A stretch of 64,000 nt of DNA, taken from assembly GCA_963664875.1 (NCBI GenBank), contig OY761611.1, forward strand, positions 2,560,001 through 2,624,000, given 5' to 3'. The DNA comes from Candidatus Kapaibacterium sp. (GTDB lineage Bacteria; Bacteroidota; Ignavibacteria; Kapaibacteriales; UBA2268). The translations under genes were made by a program, and so were the position numbers. Below are positions 61,439 to 64,000 of the stretch, one piece after another. Numbering within the stretch: the stretch's first letter is position 1; each line of letters opens with the position of its first letter. The notes under the pieces were generated by a model. It saw nothing but the letters and a program-made list of their open reading frames with translations. It was not told the DNA's origin and ran no database searches.

Positions 61439-62686
61439 CTACTTTCCTGCTTTTATGATCGGATATTCTGTGTTGGGATTGAAGGAAAGCATATTTTGTC
61501 TCATTTTGTGCTTTCTTTCCGTGCCGCATGAAGCAGGCTTGATAATATCTAAACCGTATTTTGCATTGATACTGTCCATGGCGACCATAAGATTATCATG
61601 CTCTTCGTGCTTGTAATTCGCGAATAAAGAATCCTGCACTGCATCGGCACTGCTAATGCCATCAGCGATTACACCGGCTTTCATGTAGCGATACCCATTT
61701 TCGAAAATACTTCGTAACGCAGCAGTTGCTACCTTTGTAAGCACAGGGCTGCTGTTAGAAGCTACTGCAAGTGTCATTACTTTGTTTTTTGCATATTGAG
61801 GTTCGTCTTTGTGCGGATTAGTATGTATAAATACTCTTAGTAATTTTGCTATGGAATTTTGCTTACGTAACTGCTCTGCAACTCGGTTAGCATACTCGCA
61901 GACAGCTTGCCTGAGCTCATTAAAGTCAGTAATTAATTTTCCGAATGCTCGTGTATATGAGATGCACTGTTTAGGTAATGATTCCAAAACAATGTCGTGT
62001 ATTCTGTTGCCTTTCAGCTCCTGCACTAATCTTAAACCCTGCACTGTCATTTCTTTTTTGATCCACTTTTCGGGTACCTGAGTCATATCGTAAGCAGTAT
62101 AGATACCATATTTTTTGAGTCTGTCCGCATACTTCCTGCCAACACCCCAGATGTCAGCAATGTCGGTATTTCGAAGTGCATCTATTCGCAAATCGTCGCT
62201 ATCAATGACAAATATGCCACTCCCTTTTTTCGCCAGCTTGTTTGCAACTTTCGATAAAGTTTTGTTTTTTGCAACACCGATGGATACGGGCACTTTTACG
62301 CCCTGCTCGATTATCGATTTAACATTTTGAGCATACTCATGATAATTGATATTGCGAATGGCATCAAGTTTGATAAAACTTTCATCGATGGAATAAGTCT
62401 CTACTTCCGGAGCCAATTCGTATAGCAAATTATTGATACGCTCAGAAATATTGCCGTATAGAGCAAAGTTCGCAGAAAAGACTGCAGCATTATGTTGTTT
62501 AAGTATATGCCTTACTTTAAACTCCACCGCTCCTCTTTCTATCCCAATTGCTTTTACTTCCTTAGTCATTGCGATGATGCAGCCATCGTTGTTGGAGAGC
62601 ACCACAACAGGTCTTCCCATCAAATCCGGACGGAAAATACGTTCGCAAGAAGCGTAAAAACTATTGCAGTCTAAAAGTGCTAACAT
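61439..62686 (-). CDS. umuC: Y-family DNA polymerase V catalytic subunit
   Basis: LDCNSFYASCE, VVLSNNDGC, YSIDESF, IWGVGR, DUF4113-like C-terminus. Likely start ATG 62686. Confidence 0.92.
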   Translation of the reverse strand: MLALLDCNSFYASCERIFRPDLMGRPVVVLSNNDGCIIAMTKEVKAIGIERGAVEFKVRHILKQHNAAVFSANFALYGNISERINNLLYELAPEVETYSIDESFIKLDAIRNINYHEYAQNVKSIIEQGVKVPVSIGVAKNKTLSKVANKLAKKGSGIFVIDSDDLRIDALRNTDIADIWGVGRKYADRLKKYGIYTAYDMTQVPEKWIKKEMTVQGLRLVQELKGNRIHDIVLESLPKQCISYTRAFGKLITDFNELRQAVCEYANRVAEQLRKQNSIAKLLRVFIHTNPHKDEPQYAKNKVMTLAVASNSSPVLTKVATAALRSIFENGYRYMKAGVIADGISSADAVQDSLFANYKHEEHDNLMVAMDSINAKYGLDIIKPASCGTERKHKMRQNMLSFNPNTEYPIIKAGK

Positions 62687-62811
62687 CTCGTTACAACTAC
62701 GTAAATAATTATGGTACAAGATAAGGAATTGTGGGCTATAAAAACTTTGGAAAAAATATTTCTCACAAGATGACTTACTTGCCATTGTTATGAGGTAATA
62801 GTCCGCGAAGA

Positions 62812-63573
62812 TTATTTGTGCATTTTTTTCATAATATTTCGAAATCGTGTGCCACTTATCGGGTGATAAGCGATAAGCTCGCCGTTATAAACGATGTGAA
62901 AAGTCCCAAAAGGAGCAAAATGAAAATAATTATTTTCATCTATATTCACTACATTAACAGCAATCTCAAATTCTTTTTCTGCAATTTCGCTAATGTCGGC
63001 AATTGCTTTATATGTGTATGGGCACTGATGAGAATAAAAAAGGTACAATCCATCAGCAAAAATTTCAGGTATTGCTTCGCGAATTAGTTGGGGAGTATCT
63101 GCTTCATCTTTGAGTTTCAGAGCGAGCAGCTTATAAGCCTCAGCATTTTCTTCTACAAGCTTGAAGCCATGTTTGAGAAATAGTTTGTCCCCGGCCATCC
63201 ACGAACCGTCTCTTACAATAACAGCGACTCCGCTGTAGCTGTTTTGTTGTGCATAGCTAAGGCAACTTTCGAGCAATTGGGAGCCATAGCCTAAACCTTT
63301 GTAAGGTTTTTTCATTATGTAAAGGCAATTTATAATCAGGTAGCCGGGAGCATTGCACGGACGGGGAGAATATTCTGCGGGCATATACTCAATCCCGCCA
63401 ATAGCATTTGATTTTTCGTCGATCAAAAAATCGTAACGCATTCCTTTGTCGTACATTTTAATATTCCAGTCAACTTTTGATGAGTATCCCGGATTTTTCG
63501 AATCTTTGTAGCCGCACATACTAAACTTTGAGAAAGTTTCGGGAGTGCCTTTGATAATATTTGCGTTGGGCAT
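62812..63573 (-). CDS. GNAT acetyltransferase with YoaP-like C-terminal domain
   Basis: IEYMPAEY, YLIINCL, KGLGYGSQLL, YSHQCPYT, APFGTF..YNG. Likely start ATG 63573. Confidence 0.8.
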   Translation of the reverse strand: MPNANIIKGTPETFSKFSMCGYKDSKNPGYSSKVDWNIKMYDKGMRYDFLIDEKSNAIGGIEYMPAEYSPRPCNAPGYLIINCLYIMKKPYKGLGYGSQLLESCLSYAQQNSYSGVAVIVRDGSWMAGDKLFLKHGFKLVEENAEAYKLLALKLKDEADTPQLIREAIPEIFADGLYLFYSHQCPYTYKAIADISEIAEKEFEIAVNVVNIDENNYFHFAPFGTFHIVYNGELIAYHPISGTRFRNIMKKMHK

Positions 63574-63792
63574 AAAGAAAGGAAACCCTTTAATAAAACA
63601 ATTGTTCACTTATAAGATAAAACAATAGTAGAAATTTTGCAAAAATAACATTTCACTTTGTTTTATAAATAACAAAGAGCTACTTATGTAGTCCAAACTA
63701 TTTTGATTAGCATAGATGAGGCTGTAAGTGCTTTCGTTATTTAATACATACAATAGAGAATATCGATTTATTTATATATTGTAGAGGTTGGT

Positions 63793-64000
63793 ATGAAAGC
63801 AAGTAGTGAAGTTTTTATTTGGATTAAACGATATACTCAAATCGTTTTATCTTTATTAGTATTTATAGCACTCATGGGTGGTTCATGTCAAGATTCGGGT
63901 ACAGACCCAATCGATGATGATAACAACAATAAACCCACAGGTATAAAATTCCTTGTAGGCTACAGAGGCGGCGGAGATCATGGTGCTGAAGATGGAATGT
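63793..64000 (+). CDS. N-terminus of a probable lipoprotein; runs off the window
   Basis: GAGG RBS; MKASSEVFIWIKRYTQIVLSLLVFIALMGGSC-QDSGTDPIDDD, open to the window edge. Confidence 0.6.
   Translation, partial: MKASSEVFIWIKRYTQIVLSLLVFIALMGGSCQDSGTDPIDDDNNNKPTGIKFLVGYRGGGDHGAEDGM

Overview
An AT-rich bacterial chromosomal window, most likely from an FCB-group organism such as Kapabacteria or Ignavibacteria. That placement is inferred from many T9SS-type C-terminal sorting domains (CTDs), Bat genes, a GWxTD protein and an IgGFc-binding protein. Housekeeping genes: mreB, tyrS, recA, rlmB, lepB, queF, queD, a PLP aminotransferase, arcA and umuC. Respiratory genes: nrfHA nitrite ammonification, a CydA'-like plus CydA-octaheme bd-type oxidase pair, and a pentaheme cytochrome c carrying a T9SS CTD. 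The accessory region at 31.5-39.6 kb holds an ISAs1 element inserted in a REP hairpin and four tandem, mosaic WD40/T9SS paralogs separated by REP-like palindromes and heptamer repeats. Leading candidates for new biology: (1) an ECF sigma factor coupled to an anti-sigma-like membrane protein that ends in a T9SS CTD; (2) segmental shuffling of secreted paralogs with constant 5' ends, plus an orphan CTD cassette; (3) a 24-34 nt micro-element repeatedly inserted into other palindromes; (4) a possibly T9SS-exported multiheme cytochrome; (5) an AsnRS-like enzyme lacking the anticodon domain, behind an attenuator-like leader. I found no rRNA, tRNA or CRISPR array. All calls come from reading motifs by eye; no database search was run.
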